In this document: piece by piece, positions 62,775-64,000 of the stretch
How positions within the stretch are numbered: position 1 is the first letter of the stretch
Layout: every line of letters begins with the position of its first letter
Virus record (IMG/VR): IMGVR_UViG_3300005937_000009
Location: 8,190-72,189 of that record
Reading direction: 5' to 3' (one strand)
From: a virus
Taxonomy: Duplodnaviria; Caudoviricetes
DNA: 64,000 nucleotides
Translations under genes and position numbers: made by a program
The notes under the pieces: generated by a model
What the model was told of the DNA's origin: nothing
The model's input: only the letters and a program-made list of their open reading frames with translations
Database searches by the model: none

Positions 62775-64000
62775 ATGGACTGGACCCCGAAGAGACCAAC
62801 GCCGATTCACTGGATCAGGCAAATCATTGAACCGAGAGAGCCCGAGCCGCCGAAGATTGAGCGGCCAGGTGAAGTCTACGCCGACGCGCGATATGACCTC
62901 CCTGCCCTGATCTGCCGGCTATCGATCGGCATTGTGGTATTAGCCGCCTTTCGCCTGCCCTGGATCTTCGTGGGCATCCTGGCGGTAATCTATTGGTGTA
63001 TCCATGGTCTCAGCAAAACCTTTGCCCGGTATATGGACCACGGCGATTTTACCTTGTCCCTGTCCATGTCGCTGGTCGTCTGGGCGCTCATCGCCTGGCA
63101 GGTCGTGACGCTGGGAGGGCAAGCCGCCGTAGAGGTGGTGTATCGGCTCAAAATTGACGAAGAAGCGGGGTATGTCTCGCAAAAGGCTGCCTACCCTGCG
63201 GACCTTGAAAAATTCTGGAAAGACGAGAATGCAAGGCAAAACGCCTGGCGTGAACGGGAAGCGGCGCGAGCTGAACGGGAGAAAGTGAGGCAGGCCGCGA
63301 GCGCTGAGACCACGAAGCAGGTTAGAGCCCTGCTGGCTCTCAGCAAGTCGAACAAGGACGTTAAAATTAACGGTTCGGTCAGAGCTGGGGAGGGGAACCC
63401 GGAACCACCCGAGGAATTTAAAGCCCGGATGCCCCCTACCCCACCTGTACCGCCCGCGTACAGCGCCGCTGGATTCCTGGCGCGTTGGGCGCTCAGATTA
63501 AAGATTTGGCAGTTGATAGAATTTGGGGTTGCCGTGGTCGGCTTGTTCCTCCTCGTGGTGCGGCGCGTGTGGGTAAACCACAGGGGCCGGGTGAGAATAG
63601 TTTCACAAGAGGATAGGGAACTGTTGCCGCTGGTAAACGGGGACAGGGCTACCCTTTCTAATCTTCAGTCATGGCGGTCCCCTTCCCTGCTGTTAGATGA
63701 CTCTGAAAAACCGGATTCACCATCTGAAATGCCGGATCAGGAGAGCAGGGAAGAGGGAGAGTCGCGGGAGGCTCCCGAAAGCTCCCTAGAAGCCCCCTGC
63801 CCCGTTGAAATGCTCCCAGAGGCTCCCTTGAGTCTCCCTGACTCAACTTCTTATTTAACGGAATGGCAAGAGTGGAAAGCTAATATCTCTCATCAGGCGA
63901 ACAAATTGCGGGCGGGAGACTCGCTTACTCCCTGGATGCATGCCGAAATGTCGGCAATCCGCATTCAGAAGGCAAAAGAAAGCGCTTTCTGGAATGTTAT
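62775..64000 (+). CDS. Membrane protein, 3'-partial (>400 aa)
   Basis: ATG 62775 after GAGG; frame open to the window end (absent from the ORF track); about four hydrophobic helices. Confidence 0.75.
   Translation, partial: MDWTPKRPTPIHWIRQIIEPREPEPPKIERPGEVYADARYDLPALICRLSIGIVVLAAFRLPWIFVGILAVIYWCIHGLSKTFARYMDHGDFTLSLSMSLVVWALIAWQVVTLGGQAAVEVVYRLKIDEEAGYVSQKAAYPADLEKFWKDENARQNAWREREAARAEREKVRQAASAETTKQVRALLALSKSNKDVKINGSVRAGEGNPEPPEEFKARMPPTPPVPPAYSAAGFLARWALRLKIWQLIEFGVAVVGLFLLVVRRVWVNHRGRVRIVSQEDRELLPLVNGDRATLSNLQSWRSPSLLLDDSEKPDSPSEMPDQESREEGESREAPESSLEAPCPVEMLPEAPLSLPDSTSYLTEWQEWKANISHQANKLRAGDSLTPWMHAEMSAIRIQKAKESAFWNV

Noticed and set aside
60695-64000. Integrase or att site next to the excisionase-like gene
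   Set aside because: No tyrosine or serine recombinase motifs and no flanking host genes, so prophage status cannot be stated

Overview
The window is a large part of a tailed-phage genome with podovirus-like virion architecture. I recognise no host housekeeping genes, integrase or endolysin. Nearly everything from 60.6 kb leftwards is on the minus strand. Read right to left it holds: (i) an early/accessory region with a standalone RAMP/Cas7-like gene (59493-60071) flanked by six tracts of strictly phased 5-nt repeats (xAY+NN, about 184 units), a VIPR-like candidate RNA-guided system and the top finding; (ii) a divergent ribbon-helix-helix switch with paired GTGCGCAC boxes; (iii) a recombination, replication and DNA-modification region (SSAP-like, PAPS-reductase-like, MT-A70, initiator with iterons, TGT-like, two-frame C5 methyltransferase), including two tandem circularly permuted tRNA-like (YrlA/Y RNA-like) elements behind a conserved gene; (iv) a late region with a standalone PAS protein, an outer-membrane-like protein, RusA, a holin-like gene, terminase, two CAU tRNAs, portal, a GDP-fucose plus methyltransferase/glycosyltransferase module, scaffold, capsid, four fibre-like proteins with signal peptides, adaptors, nozzle and ejection proteins. 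Two real ORFs run off the window edges and are missing from the supplied ORF track: a >2450-aa lytic-transglycosylase ejection protein (7363 to <1) and a membrane protein (62775 to >64000). All product calls come from motif recognition by eye; no database search was run.
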